From the IMG/VR virus record IMGVR_UViG_3300046804_000789, positions 1-49,572 of that record: 49,572 nt of DNA; one strand, written 5' to 3'. How positions within the stretch are numbered: position 1 is the first letter of the stretch; the number at the start of each line of letters is the position of its first letter. Source of the stretch: a virus (taxonomy: Duplodnaviria > Caudoviricetes). The translations under genes were made by a program, and so were the position numbers. The notes under the pieces are model-generated. The model searched no databases. It was not told where the DNA came from and was given only the letters and a program-made list of their open reading frames with translations. Positions 1 through 9,038 of this stretch are shown piece after piece.

Positions 1-241
1 CCCCTATCAATTTCCCCCCATAAAAACACCCATTCACACCCAGAAACCCACCCCCTTCTGTTTGTTAGGTACCATATTGCCACGGTATATATCAAAAATT
101 TCAACCAATAGTTGGTATTTCCCCCGTGATTTTTGCCATTCACCCATTTTCTCCACAACTATTGGTGTGTAGACCAACCATATTCTGTTCTTATACTGTT
201 TCTCATCTGTACTCAGTGCCTGAGAAGGGGATTCTACACAA

Positions 242-472
242 ATGTCTGAACAAATACCCATCATCCCAGATGATTGGTTAGCTATTGCATATACTGAATA
301 TGGTAAATGGTATGAAATACCTGGAGTAGGTATATCTATTAAGGATGCAAGAGAACTACATTACAATGATATCATCACAATGACACAGAAGAGGAAGTAT
401 ACATTAGATAGTAATAATAAGTTAGTACCTACATCAGTGATAGAGTTATGGATTAGAAAGAAGAGGGGATAA
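242..472 (+). CDS. hypothetical protein
   Basis: 76-aa ORF with AAGGGG upstream; first gene of a tightly packed cluster. Confidence 0.6.
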   Translation: MSEQIPIIPDDWLAIAYTEYGKWYEIPGVGISIKDARELHYNDIITMTQKRKYTLDSNNKLVPTSVIELWIRKKRG

Positions 473-475
473 GAT

Positions 476-859
476 ATGCCTAGTTATAATAGTTATACTA
501 TAGGGGAGGCTGAGGCTCACCTGAATGGGATGCTCGAAGCGGCCGATATGTGCGATCAGCACCTCCGGCACGATGTGGCTAATGTGATCAGGATGGCTGT
601 GACTGTGCGGAGGGCTTCTGGAATAGGGCCAGAAGCCTCTAGGAAGCCCGCTGAGGTGCCTCACTGGAGTGAGGAGTACATCCGTAGCCATGAGCTACTC
701 AAAGACGGCCGTACGGCTTTTAGAGTGAAATCTGTGCTGAGGTCTTTTCGGACCAAGCATGACTTCCTCACTGCCAGCGAGGCGCAGATCCTTTCGGCAC
801 CCGGCTGTGGTCCCACTGGGTTTGTCATTTTGAAAAGGTTAAGAGATGAACTTCTTTGA
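476..859 (+). CDS. hypothetical protein with C-terminal RNA polymerase alpha-CTD-like HhH region
   Basis: C-terminal DFLTASEAQILSAPGCGPTGFVILKRL resembles the alpha-CTD pattern; GAGGGG RBS. Confidence 0.5.
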   Translation: MPSYNSYTIGEAEAHLNGMLEAADMCDQHLRHDVANVIRMAVTVRRASGIGPEASRKPAEVPHWSEEYIRSHELLKDGRTAFRVKSVLRSFRTKHDFLTASEAQILSAPGCGPTGFVILKRLRDELL

Positions 860-1124
860 TAAGGAGGTTCGTGCCGCCTTTGGGCGGGTATTGGTTGGAG
901 TTAGGAAGCACAAGAACCTTACCAGGGAAGTTGCGGCAAATATATCTGGGTTTGCTGTAGGTAGTTTGCTCAACTGGGAAAGAGGGAATGTATCTCTTTC
1001 AATGGATAACTTCTTCAGGCTTTGTAATGCGTTTCAGGTAAAGCCTAGTAAGATGGTTTCATTGATTGAGTTTGAATTACAGAGGAGAAAAGACGTTGAC
1101 TCAAAAACAAATGAAGATGCTTGA
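846..1124 (+). CDS. XRE/Cro-family helix-turn-helix regulator
   Basis: FGRVLVGVRKHKNLTREVAANISG...LLNWERG...SMDNFFRLCNAF is a typical HTH_3 pattern. Confidence 0.85.
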   Translation: MNFFDKEVRAAFGRVLVGVRKHKNLTREVAANISGFAVGSLLNWERGNVSLSMDNFFRLCNAFQVKPSKMVSLIEFELQRRKDVDSKTNEDA

Positions 1125-1317
1125 GTTTATTAGAGAGTATTGGAATGAACATGGTTACTGCCCTTCTTATTATGAGATTGGTAGTGCCATGGGTATATCT
1201 TCTAGGAGTAATGTACATAGAATTATATACTGTCTTATTGATCGTGGGTATTTAAAGAATATGCCACGCAAAGCGAGAAGTTTGGTGTTAGTGGATAATC
1301 CTCTTGCCAAGGCATAA
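1096..1317 (+). CDS. LexA-type winged-helix DNA-binding domain protein (no peptidase domain)
   Basis: LTQKQMKMLEFIREYWNEHGYCPSYYEIGSAMGISSRSNVHRII..L...GYL...PRKARSL; TTG start at 1096 after GAGGAG. Confidence 0.85.
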   Translation: MTQKQMKMLEFIREYWNEHGYCPSYYEIGSAMGISSRSNVHRIIYCLIDRGYLKNMPRKARSLVLVDNPLAKA

Positions 1318-1333
1318 GGTAATTGATTAGGTT
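1304..1333 (+). promoter_or_regulatory. putative sigma70-type promoter
   Basis: (C)TTGCCA at 1304-1309, 18-nt spacer, TAGGTT at 1328-1333. Confidence 0.35.
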
Positions 1334-1339
1334 CGTGTT

Positions 1340-1407
1340 GCGGTGACATCCGCTGTTTTCCTCCCAGTTGACCTCCTCCCCCTCCCCTCACCGGGAGGGG
1401 GCTTTTT
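1340..1407 (+). ncRNA. candidate small RNA with anti-Shine-Dalgarno (CCUCC) motifs
   Basis: GCGG-TGACAT-CCGC hairpin, then TTCCTCCCA and CCTCCTCCC, then a terminator hairpin; fills the intergenic gap. Confidence 0.4.
1378..1407 (+). terminator. rho-independent terminator
   Basis: CCCCCTCCC / CTCACC loop / GGGAGGGGG followed by CTTTTT. Confidence 0.7.
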
Positions 1408-1419
1408 CAGAGAAGATAT

Positions 1420-2925
1420 GTGGATTTAACGGGCGTCCTTTCCAAGATTGATCAGCTTCCCCTTGAGGAGCAATCAGTTCTGTTGAAGCTCTTGAAGGAG
1501 CTTGAGGAGGCTCGTGATAAGGAACTGGCTCAAACCAAGTTCCTTTCCTTCACCAAGAAAATGTGGCCTGGGTTTATTCAGGGCAGGCACCATGAAATCA
1601 TGGCTGATGCCTTTGAGAGAGTTGTTAATGGTCAGTGCAAGCGGCTGATCATTAACATGCCTCCCCGGCACACCAAGTCTGAGTTTGCTTCGTATTTATT
1701 GCCTGCGTGGTTTATGGGTAAGAATCCAGGATCTAAAATCATTCAAGCAACCCATACCGCAGAACTGGCTGTGGATTTTGGCCGTAAGGTTAGAAACCTA
1801 ATTGACAGTGAAGATTACAAACTAATCTTCGAGGACATCAAGCTTCAGTCCGACAGCAAGGCCGCTGGACGCTGGCACACCTCCAAGGGTGGCGTGTACT
1901 TCGCTGTAGGTGTTGGTGGTGCCATCGCTGGTAAGGGTGCGGATCTGTTCATCATTGATGACCCTCACACTGAACAGCAGGCTATCCAGGCAATGGATGA
2001 CCCGTCTGTCTATGACAAGGTCTTCGATTGGTACACCTCCGGTCCCCGTCAGCGTTTGCAGCCTGATGCCCGCATTGTGATCGTGATGACCCGCTGGGGT
2101 AAGCGGGATCTGACCGGGCGGTTGGTTCAGTCCTCCATGGATCGTGACGGGGTATCTGAGTGGGAAGTGATTGAGCTTCCGGCCATTATGCCTTCCGGCA
2201 ATCCTCTCTGGCCTGGGTACTGGAGCAAGGAAGCTCTTGAGGCACTCAAGAACGAACTGCCTCCCTCCAAATGGAATGCCCAGTATCAACAGCAACCCAC
2301 CAATGAGCAGGGTGCCATCCTCAAACGGGAGTGGTGGAGGCGTTGGGAAGCCAGCCGACCACCCAATTACGAGTATGTGATTGTCTCTGCTGACACCGCA
2401 TTCACAAAGAATAACCGTTCTGACTACACCGCAATCACAGTGTGGGGTATCTTTGACCATGAAGATGACAATGGGGATGCAAGAAGTAATATCATTCTTC
2501 TTGATGCATTCAAAGAACGCATGGAGTTCCCGGCACTAAAAGCTCGTGCCAAAGAGATTTATCTTGAATGGCAACCCGATACCTTCTTAATTGAAGGCAA
2601 AGCTTCAGGCTTGCCTTTGATACACGAGTTGAGGCAAATGGACATACCTGTCTCCGAGTTCACCCCTACCAGGGCCTCTGGAGACAAGATCATGAGGGCC
2701 AACAGTGTCACTGACATGTTCTCTTCTGGGATGGTCTGGTGTCCTGAAACCCGGTGGGCGGATGAGGTGATTGAGGAGTGTGCTTCTTTCCCGAATGGGA
2801 CACATGATGACTATGTTGACAGTGTTGTCATGGCACTCATGCGGTATCGCCAGGGCGGGTTTGTCCGTCTTCCGGCGGATTATGAAGAAGAAGATGTTCC
2901 GATGCGCCGAGTTGAATATTATTAA
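1420..2925 (+). CDS. terL: terminase large subunit
   Basis: Walker A NMPPRHTKS, Walker B LFIIDDP, motif III VMTRW, nuclease motifs SADTA and HDDYVDS. Confidence 0.97.
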   Translation: MDLTGVLSKIDQLPLEEQSVLLKLLKELEEARDKELAQTKFLSFTKKMWPGFIQGRHHEIMADAFERVVNGQCKRLIINMPPRHTKSEFASYLLPAWFMGKNPGSKIIQATHTAELAVDFGRKVRNLIDSEDYKLIFEDIKLQSDSKAAGRWHTSKGGVYFAVGVGGAIAGKGADLFIIDDPHTEQQAIQAMDDPSVYDKVFDWYTSGPRQRLQPDARIVIVMTRWGKRDLTGRLVQSSMDRDGVSEWEVIELPAIMPSGNPLWPGYWSKEALEALKNELPPSKWNAQYQQQPTNEQGAILKREWWRRWEASRPPNYEYVIVSADTAFTKNNRSDYTAITVWGIFDHEDDNGDARSNIILLDAFKERMEFPALKARAKEIYLEWQPDTFLIEGKASGLPLIHELRQMDIPVSEFTPTRASGDKIMRANSVTDMFSSGMVWCPETRWADEVIEECASFPNGTHDDYVDSVVMALMRYRQGGFVRLPADYEEEDVPMRRVEYY

Positions 2926-2936
2926 GGGGATGCACA

Positions 2937-5372
2937 GTGTCCGTAGATAAGGCCTTTAATCCTCTAGGAAATCCCGGTGAGCCGGGCATTGAGGTGGAGA
3001 TCGTGAACCCTGATGCGGTTTCGATTGAAACCGAGGACGGAGGCGCGATTGTTTTTCTCGGACCAGAGTTGTCTGAACAACTCATGCCTGACTTCGGCAC
3101 CAACCTTGCTGAGCATATGGATGAGCGGGATCTTGGCGCTCTCGGCAATGAACTCATTGGTGATTTTGAATCTGACAGCCGCTCCCGGCAGGATTGGGAA
3201 GACACTTACAAAAAGGGATTAGATCTTCTTGGCTTGAAGATTGAAGACCGCTCCTCCCCATGGCCGGGTGCCTGTGGTGTGTTTCACCCGATTCTGGCTG
3301 AAGCTGCGGTGCGGTTTCAGTCTCAGGCTATCATGGAGACCTTCCCGGCGGGCGGTCCCGTCAAGACCAAGATTGTCGGGCGTTTAACGCCGGAGCGTGA
3401 GCGTCAGGCACAACGGGTCAAAGAAGACCTGAACTACATGATGACCGAGAGGATGACCGAGTACCGGAACGAGCATGAGCGTATGCTGTTTGCTCTTCCC
3501 CTCGCAGGCGCAGCATTCAAGAAGGTCTACTTCGATCCGACCCTTGGTCGTCCCACCTCGGTGTATGTGCCAGCGGAAGACTTTGTCGCGCCTTATGGTG
3601 CCACCGATCTTCAGACCGCTACTCGCTACACCCACATCATGCGGAAGCATCCCAACGAAATCCGCAAGCTACAGGTGATGGGTTTCTACCGGGATATTGA
3701 TCTTTCTACCCCGGTCCCTGACCGGAATGAAATCCAGCGAGCAAAGGATAAACTCTCTGGAGAAGAACTCACGGATATGGATGACCGCCATATCCTCCTC
3801 GAAATGCACGTTGACCTTGATCTTCCTGGCTATGAAGATGTTGGCAAGGACGGCGAAGAGACCGGGATTGCATTGCCGTATGTGGTCACCGTTGAGAAAT
3901 CCACGGGTAAGGTTCTCTCAATCTACCGCAACTGGAAGCAAGACGATCCGTTCAAAATCAAGCGTCAGCACTTTGTACAGTATGGGTATATCCCTGGGTT
4001 TGGGTTCTACCCGTTTGGCTTGATCCATCTGATTGGCGGTATCGCCAAATCCGCGACCTCGATCCTCCGTCAGCTTGTTGATGCTGGCACCCTCTCTAAT
4101 CTCCCGGCGGGCCTCAAGGCCCGTGGTCTTCGCATTAAGGGCGACAGCACTCCGCTGATGCCGGGCGAGTTCCGAGATGTGGATGTGCCGTCCGGGGCGA
4201 TTAAGGACAGCATCACCTTCCTCCCATACAAGGAACCCTCTCAGGTTCTTGCCACCCTCCTGGGTGGCTTGGTTGAGGAAGGTCGGCGGTTTGCTTCTAT
4301 TGCAGATCTTCAGATTGGTGACGCCAATCAGAACGCTCCTGTCGGCACCACCCTGGCGCTTATGGAACGCGCCATGAAGGTGATGTCGGCGGTTCAGGCC
4401 CGGCTCCATGCCTCAATGAAGCAGGAGCTTGATCTGCTGGTGGATATCATCCGCACCCATATGGAAGGCCCATACGAGTACGAGACCGATATGGATGCCA
4501 CCCGCACAGAGGATTATGACGGGCGGATTGATGTGATCCCCGTCACTGATCCCAATGCGGCATCCCTGTCTCAGCGCGTGGTGCAGTATCAGGCGGCACT
4601 GCAACTCGCACAGCAGGCACCCCAGATGTATGACCTGCCTGAGTTGCACAGGCAGATGCTTCTGGTTCTGGGCATTCAAGATCCGGGCAAGATCATCCCA
4701 GATCAGAATGACAAGAAGCCCATGGATCCCGTTTCGGAAAACATGGCCATTCTCTCTGGCAAGCCCGTCAAGGCGTTCCTGTATCAGGATCACGAGGCAC
4801 ATATCCAAGTTCATATGTCAGCCATGCAAGATCCCAAGATCCTGCAATTGGTTGGTCAGTCCCCCATGGCGAGCCAAATCCAGGCTGCTGCCATGGCACA
4901 CATCAATGAACACATTGGCTTCCAGTACCGCAAAGAGATTGAGAAGCAGCTTGGCGTTGAGCTTCCCCCGGTGGATGAACACCTACCGGAAGATATCGAG
5001 GTTCAACTCTCCAAGCTCATGTCTGATGCTGCGGCACGGCTACTCCAGAAGGATCAGGCCGAGGCTCAGCAACAGCAGATCCAGCAGAAGATGCAAGATC
5101 CTGTTGTTCAAGCCCAAATGCAGGAGCTTCAGATCCGTCAATCTGAAATTCAGCGTAAGGCCCTCAAGGATCAGTCTGAGCTTCAACTCAAGCGCAGCCA
5201 GCAAGAAATTGAGCGCCAGCGCATTGAATCCCAGGAGCGTATTGCCGGGGTGAATGCAGGAATTAAGGCTGCATCGCAGAAACAAACCAATGATCAGCGC
5301 GGTGATTATGACGCTGCGAAAATAAAGCTTGACGCATTCAAGGCTGGCGTTGATCTTATGAGGAATCGTTAA
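2937..5372 (+). CDS. portal protein (P22-like, with long C-terminal coiled coil)
   Basis: 811 aa directly after terL; GAAFKKVYFD, FYPFGLIHLIGG and Q-rich C-terminal helix typical of this portal class. Confidence 0.9.
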   Translation: MSVDKAFNPLGNPGEPGIEVEIVNPDAVSIETEDGGAIVFLGPELSEQLMPDFGTNLAEHMDERDLGALGNELIGDFESDSRSRQDWEDTYKKGLDLLGLKIEDRSSPWPGACGVFHPILAEAAVRFQSQAIMETFPAGGPVKTKIVGRLTPERERQAQRVKEDLNYMMTERMTEYRNEHERMLFALPLAGAAFKKVYFDPTLGRPTSVYVPAEDFVAPYGATDLQTATRYTHIMRKHPNEIRKLQVMGFYRDIDLSTPVPDRNEIQRAKDKLSGEELTDMDDRHILLEMHVDLDLPGYEDVGKDGEETGIALPYVVTVEKSTGKVLSIYRNWKQDDPFKIKRQHFVQYGYIPGFGFYPFGLIHLIGGIAKSATSILRQLVDAGTLSNLPAGLKARGLRIKGDSTPLMPGEFRDVDVPSGAIKDSITFLPYKEPSQVLATLLGGLVEEGRRFASIADLQIGDANQNAPVGTTLALMERAMKVMSAVQARLHASMKQELDLLVDIIRTHMEGPYEYETDMDATRTEDYDGRIDVIPVTDPNAASLSQRVVQYQAALQLAQQAPQMYDLPELHRQMLLVLGIQDPGKIIPDQNDKKPMDPVSENMAILSGKPVKAFLYQDHEAHIQVHMSAMQDPKILQLVGQSPMASQIQAAAMAHINEHIGFQYRKEIEKQLGVELPPVDEHLPEDIEVQLSKLMSDAAARLLQKDQAEAQQQQIQQKMQDPVVQAQMQELQIRQSEIQRKALKDQSELQLKRSQQEIERQRIESQERIAGVNAGIKAASQKQTNDQRGDYDAAKIKLDAFKAGVDLMRNR

Positions 5373-5572
5373 TGGCTATCGTCACTGACAATGTTCTGGA
5401 TTATCTGCACTCAAAGATCAGGACAATCATGAACGACTATGCCGATCATATCGCTACTGGGTCTGCCACTGATTGGGCAGATTACAGGTATCTTGTTGGT
5501 ATCATTGAAGGTTTGGCGAAAGCCGAAAGGGAATTGCTCGATCTGAATGAGAAACTGAAAGAGCAAGACTAA
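5372..5572 (+). CDS. small conserved head-module protein
   Basis: TAATG coupling to portal; GSATDWADYRYLVGIIEGL pattern common between portal and groES. Confidence 0.75.
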   Translation: MAIVTDNVLDYLHSKIRTIMNDYADHIATGSATDWADYRYLVGIIEGLAKAERELLDLNEKLKEQD

Positions 5573-5629
5573 TCGCCCATTGTGGGTGCTGGGTATCGCA
5601 CGACCCTGACAGTGCGCCAAAGGATGAAT

Positions 5630-6007
5630 ATGTTAAACGTAGATATTAAAATGCCTGAAGGAGAAGTCCGAGGAGCCAAACAGCTTCCGGAACCCAAGGG
5701 TTTTAAGATGTTGATTGCGCTTCCAGTTTTGGAAGAACAGACCGATGGCGGCGTTTACCTGCCGGATCAGGTGCGTACCAATGAGTCCCTTGCCACTGTG
5801 GTGGGGTTTGTCCTGAAGCTGGGTGACCTCGCTTATCAGGATGAAAAGAAGTTCCCCAACGGACCTTGGTGCAAAGAAGGCGATTGGGTCGTCTTTCGTG
5901 CATACAGCGGCACCCGGATCAGGATCCATGGCCGCGAGTTCCGTTTGATCAATGACGACACCGTGGAAGCGGTTGTTGAAGATCCCAGGGGGATTTCACG
6001 CGCATGA
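5630..6007 (+). CDS. groES: co-chaperonin GroES-like protein
   Basis: PKGFKMLI..TDGGVYLP..VGFVLKLG..CKEGDWVVFRAYSGTRIRIHGREFRLINDDTVEAVV; AAAGGA RBS favours ATG at 5630 (5624 possible). Confidence 0.9.
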   Translation: MLNVDIKMPEGEVRGAKQLPEPKGFKMLIALPVLEEQTDGGVYLPDQVRTNESLATVVGFVLKLGDLAYQDEKKFPNGPWCKEGDWVVFRAYSGTRIRIHGREFRLINDDTVEAVVEDPRGISRA

Positions 6008-6912
6008 GCGAGACCCAGAACGAAGATAAAGAGTTCGAGATTGAAGTGGTGGACGACACCCCGGAACAAGACCGGGGCAAGTATGTTGCGCCAGAAAAGA
6101 CCGAGAATGATGATGACATCTCTGTCAACGATGATGAGATCTCCCATTACAAGGAAGATGTTCAGCGTCGAATTAAGGAGATGTCCTTCAAGACCCACGC
6201 TGAGCGGCGGGCTAAAGAAGCTGCGGCCAAAGAGCGTGATGAGGCTCTAAAGTTTGCGGAGAAGCTTGCTGAAGAAAACAAGCGTTTCCGTCAGTTGGCT
6301 GGCAACACCGAGAAGTTCGCTGTTGATCAGGCCAAGACACGGGCTGAATCTGAAATCAACGCCACCAAGCGGATGATGAAGGAAGCCTGGGAAGCTGGTG
6401 AAACCGACAAGTTCATTGAACAACAGGAACGCCTACAGCGTTTGGTCAATGAGCATGAGCGGTACGCCACATATGTGCCGCCAGCCTATGAAGAAACCAA
6501 GTATGAAGCACCCAAGCGTCAGCCTCAGCCTGACAGCAAGGCTGTTTCTTGGGCATCTCAGAACCAGTGGTTTGAAGCCAATGGTGAGCTTGAGAAAGAA
6601 ATGACGGGTTATGCTTACGCAGTCAGTGACATGCTGATCCGCGATAAGCGCATTGACCCGACAAGTGATCAGTACTTCGATGAGATCAACAAGCGTGTTC
6701 AGAAACGCTTCCCGGAGTACTTCAAATCTCCTGAGCCGGAAATTGACGTGACGGCCAAGGCCTCGACTGTTGTGGCACCCGCAAGCAGGACCACAAAGAC
6801 AGTCAGCAAAGTACGTCTAACCCCAACCCAGGTATCCCTGGCGCGCCGCTTCGGCTTAACCCCAGAGCAATATGTGGCTCAGTACATGAAGGATTACGGT
6901 TCAAATGGTTGA
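6004..6912 (+). CDS. putative capsid scaffolding protein
   Basis: Acidic N-terminus, long coiled coil, C-terminal LTPTQVSLARRFGLTPEQY; lies between portal and capsid. Confidence 0.7.
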   Translation: MSETQNEDKEFEIEVVDDTPEQDRGKYVAPEKTENDDDISVNDDEISHYKEDVQRRIKEMSFKTHAERRAKEAAAKERDEALKFAEKLAEENKRFRQLAGNTEKFAVDQAKTRAESEINATKRMMKEAWEAGETDKFIEQQERLQRLVNEHERYATYVPPAYEETKYEAPKRQPQPDSKAVSWASQNQWFEANGELEKEMTGYAYAVSDMLIRDKRIDPTSDQYFDEINKRVQKRFPEYFKSPEPEIDVTAKASTVVAPASRTTKTVSKVRLTPTQVSLARRFGLTPEQYVAQYMKDYGSNG

Positions 6913-7360
6913 CCGCACCCCCCGCGACCTTGAGACCCGAGACCACGAGTATCGGCCCACCTCATGGAAGCCCCCTTCGATCCTTCCTGATCCTAAGCCT
7001 GAGCCTGGATATGTCTATCGCTGGGTCCGTACATCTATGATGAACAATGCGGATAACACCAATGTCAGCAAACAGCTACGCGAAGGCTATGTGCCTGTTC
7101 GTGCTGAGGATCATCCTGAGCTTATGCTGTACAGCAACCAAGACGGACGCTTTAAAGGCAATGTTGAGGTTGGTGGTCTCCTTCTCTGCAAAATCCCGGA
7201 ACACATGGCCAAGCAACGCGAGGCCTATTACGGGAATATGGCGCAGCAGCAGATGGAGAGCGTGGACAACAATTTGATGCGCGAGAACGATCCGAGGATG
7301 CCGCTGCTGAAACCAGAGCGTTCCTCTCGGACCACGTTTGGCCGTGGGCCAAGGGAGTAA
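6905..7360 (+). CDS. conserved head-module hypothetical protein
   Basis: GYVYRWVR..NVSKQLREGYVPV..VGGLLLCKIP pattern; overlaps the scaffold stop codon. Confidence 0.8.
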   Translation: MVDRTPRDLETRDHEYRPTSWKPPSILPDPKPEPGYVYRWVRTSMMNNADNTNVSKQLREGYVPVRAEDHPELMLYSNQDGRFKGNVEVGGLLLCKIPEHMAKQREAYYGNMAQQQMESVDNNLMRENDPRMPLLKPERSSRTTFGRGPRE

Positions 7361-7373
7361 TCTCTTGGCCTTT
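7347..7373 (+). terminator. stem-loop (weak terminator or mRNA processing/stability hairpin)
   Basis: GGCCAAGGGA-GTAA-TCTCTTGGCC, a 10-bp stem with GNRA loop, followed by TTT. Confidence 0.55.
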
Positions 7374-7406
7374 ATCCTCAACCAAATCCTAGAAAGGTAA
7401 CGGAAG

Positions 7407-8045
7407 ATGGCTTCTACGCTTGCTCCGTACGGGCTTCGCCCGATTAACCTACTGGGTGGTCAAGGGTATGCTGGCTCGACTCGCCTTTACGCGATTCCTG
7501 CCAGCTACGCTGTGAACATCCAGTATGGCGATCCGGTGATCATCACCAACACGGGTTCCACCCGTGGTTATCTGGCGCGTTTCAACGCGACCACCACTGC
7601 CACGACTGTCACCTCTACGGGTGGCGGCTTTGGTTTTGTTGGCGTGTTTGTGGGCTGCACGTTCACTGACCCGACCTACGGGAAGGTGTTCCGTCAGAAC
7701 TACACCTCTGGCAACACTGCCTCTGACATCCAAGGCTATGTCGTGGATGACCCGGATGCGCTGTTCCAGATTCAGGCTGACAACACCCTGGCGCAAACGG
7801 CTCTGGGCTGCAATGCGGCCCTGATCCAGACGGTTGCCGGTAACTCTGGTGCCAACATCAACTCCGGTGTTGCGCTTCAGGCTTCCAGCATCGCTACGAC
7901 AGCCACCTTGCCGGTTCGTATTGTTGATTTTGTCAACAGCACGACCAGCCAGATTGGTGATGCGTACACCGATGTGATCGTGCGTATCAACACGCACTTC
8001 CACCGCACTGGCAACACCGGCTCTGCCGGTACCGCCGTATCGTAA
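7407..8045 (+). CDS. putative capsid decoration/minor head protein
   Basis: Immediately before the MCP; APYGLRP N-terminus, VDDPDALFQIQ; strong codon bias. Confidence 0.7.
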   Translation: MASTLAPYGLRPINLLGGQGYAGSTRLYAIPASYAVNIQYGDPVIITNTGSTRGYLARFNATTTATTVTSTGGGFGFVGVFVGCTFTDPTYGKVFRQNYTSGNTASDIQGYVVDDPDALFQIQADNTLAQTALGCNAALIQTVAGNSGANINSGVALQASSIATTATLPVRIVDFVNSTTSQIGDAYTDVIVRINTHFHRTGNTGSAGTAVS

Positions 8046-8060
8046 AGGAGGCTGTGACCT

Positions 8061-8969
8061 ATGGCTATTAGTCGCGCACAGCTACTCAAGGAACTGCTTC
8101 CGGGTCTGAACGCTTTGTTCGGTCTGGAATACAAGCGGTACGCTGAGGAGCATAAGGAAATCTACGAGACCGAAACCTCGGAGCGTTCCTTTGAAGAAGA
8201 AGTGAAGCTGTCTGGCTTCGCTGCTGCCCCGGTCAAGAACGAAGGCGCCGCGATTGCGTATGACAACGGCCAGGAAGCCTGGACCGCCCGTTATACGCAT
8301 GAAACGATTGCGTATGGGTTCTCCATCACTGAAGAAGCGATGGAAGATAACCTGTATGACAGCCTTTCTGCCCGTTACACCAAGGCGCTTGCTCGCTCCA
8401 TGGCGTACACGAAGCAGGTTAAGGCGGCGTATCCGCTGAACAACGGCTTCACGTCCTACCAGTCTGGTGACGGCGTGACCCTGTTCAGCACCCAGCACCC
8501 GCTGGTGTCCGGTGGCTACAACAGCAACCGTCCTGCCACCGCTGCCGACCTGAATGAAACCTCCCTTGAGGCGGCTGTCATTCAGATTGCGGCGTGGACG
8601 GATGAACGTGGTCTGCTCATCGCGGCTCGCCCGCGCAAGCTGATCATCCCGCCCGCGAATATGTTCGTTGCCACCCGCTTGCTCGAAACGGAACTCCGTG
8701 TCGGCACGGCTGATAACGACATCAACGCGATCAAGTCCAACGGGTCCATCCCGGAAGGCTACACGGTCAACCACTTCTTGACCGACCCGAATGCGTGGTT
8801 CCTGACCACGGATGTTCCTAACGGTATGAAGCACTTTGTGCGCTCTCCGCTGGCGACCTCCATGGACGGCGACTTCGACACGGGCAACGCCCGCTATAAG
8901 GCTCGTGAGCGTTATAGCTTCGGTGTGTCCGATCCGCTCGGGATCTTTGGCTCGCCGGGTTCAACCTGA
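8061..8969 (+). CDS. major capsid protein (HK97 fold)
   Basis: MAISRAQLLKELLPGLNALFG...YKARERYSFGVSDPLGIFGS; AAGGAGG RBS; strong terminator follows. Confidence 0.93.
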   Translation: MAISRAQLLKELLPGLNALFGLEYKRYAEEHKEIYETETSERSFEEEVKLSGFAAAPVKNEGAAIAYDNGQEAWTARYTHETIAYGFSITEEAMEDNLYDSLSARYTKALARSMAYTKQVKAAYPLNNGFTSYQSGDGVTLFSTQHPLVSGGYNSNRPATAADLNETSLEAAVIQIAAWTDERGLLIAARPRKLIIPPANMFVATRLLETELRVGTADNDINAIKSNGSIPEGYTVNHFLTDPNAWFLTTDVPNGMKHFVRSPLATSMDGDFDTGNARYKARERYSFGVSDPLGIFGSPGST

Positions 8970-8978
8970 CGGCTGGGG

Positions 8979-9006
8979 CAGGGGGGCTTCGGCCCCCCTG
9001 TTTTTT
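8979..9006 (+). terminator. rho-independent terminator
   Basis: CAGGGGGGC-TTCG-GCCCCCCTG-TTTTTT. Confidence 0.92.
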
Positions 9007-9038
9007 ATTGCATTAGGCGCGAGAAAATAGTATGGCTC

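Noticed and set aside
8082-8834. Long antisense ORFs (also 1822-2460, 7449-8003, 12747-13472, 13861-14661)
   Set aside because: Shadows of codon-biased genes on the opposite strand; no RBS or recognisable motifs
8940-8980. Programmed frameshift extending the capsid protein
   Set aside because: No slippery heptamer near the stop codon, and a strong terminator follows immediately
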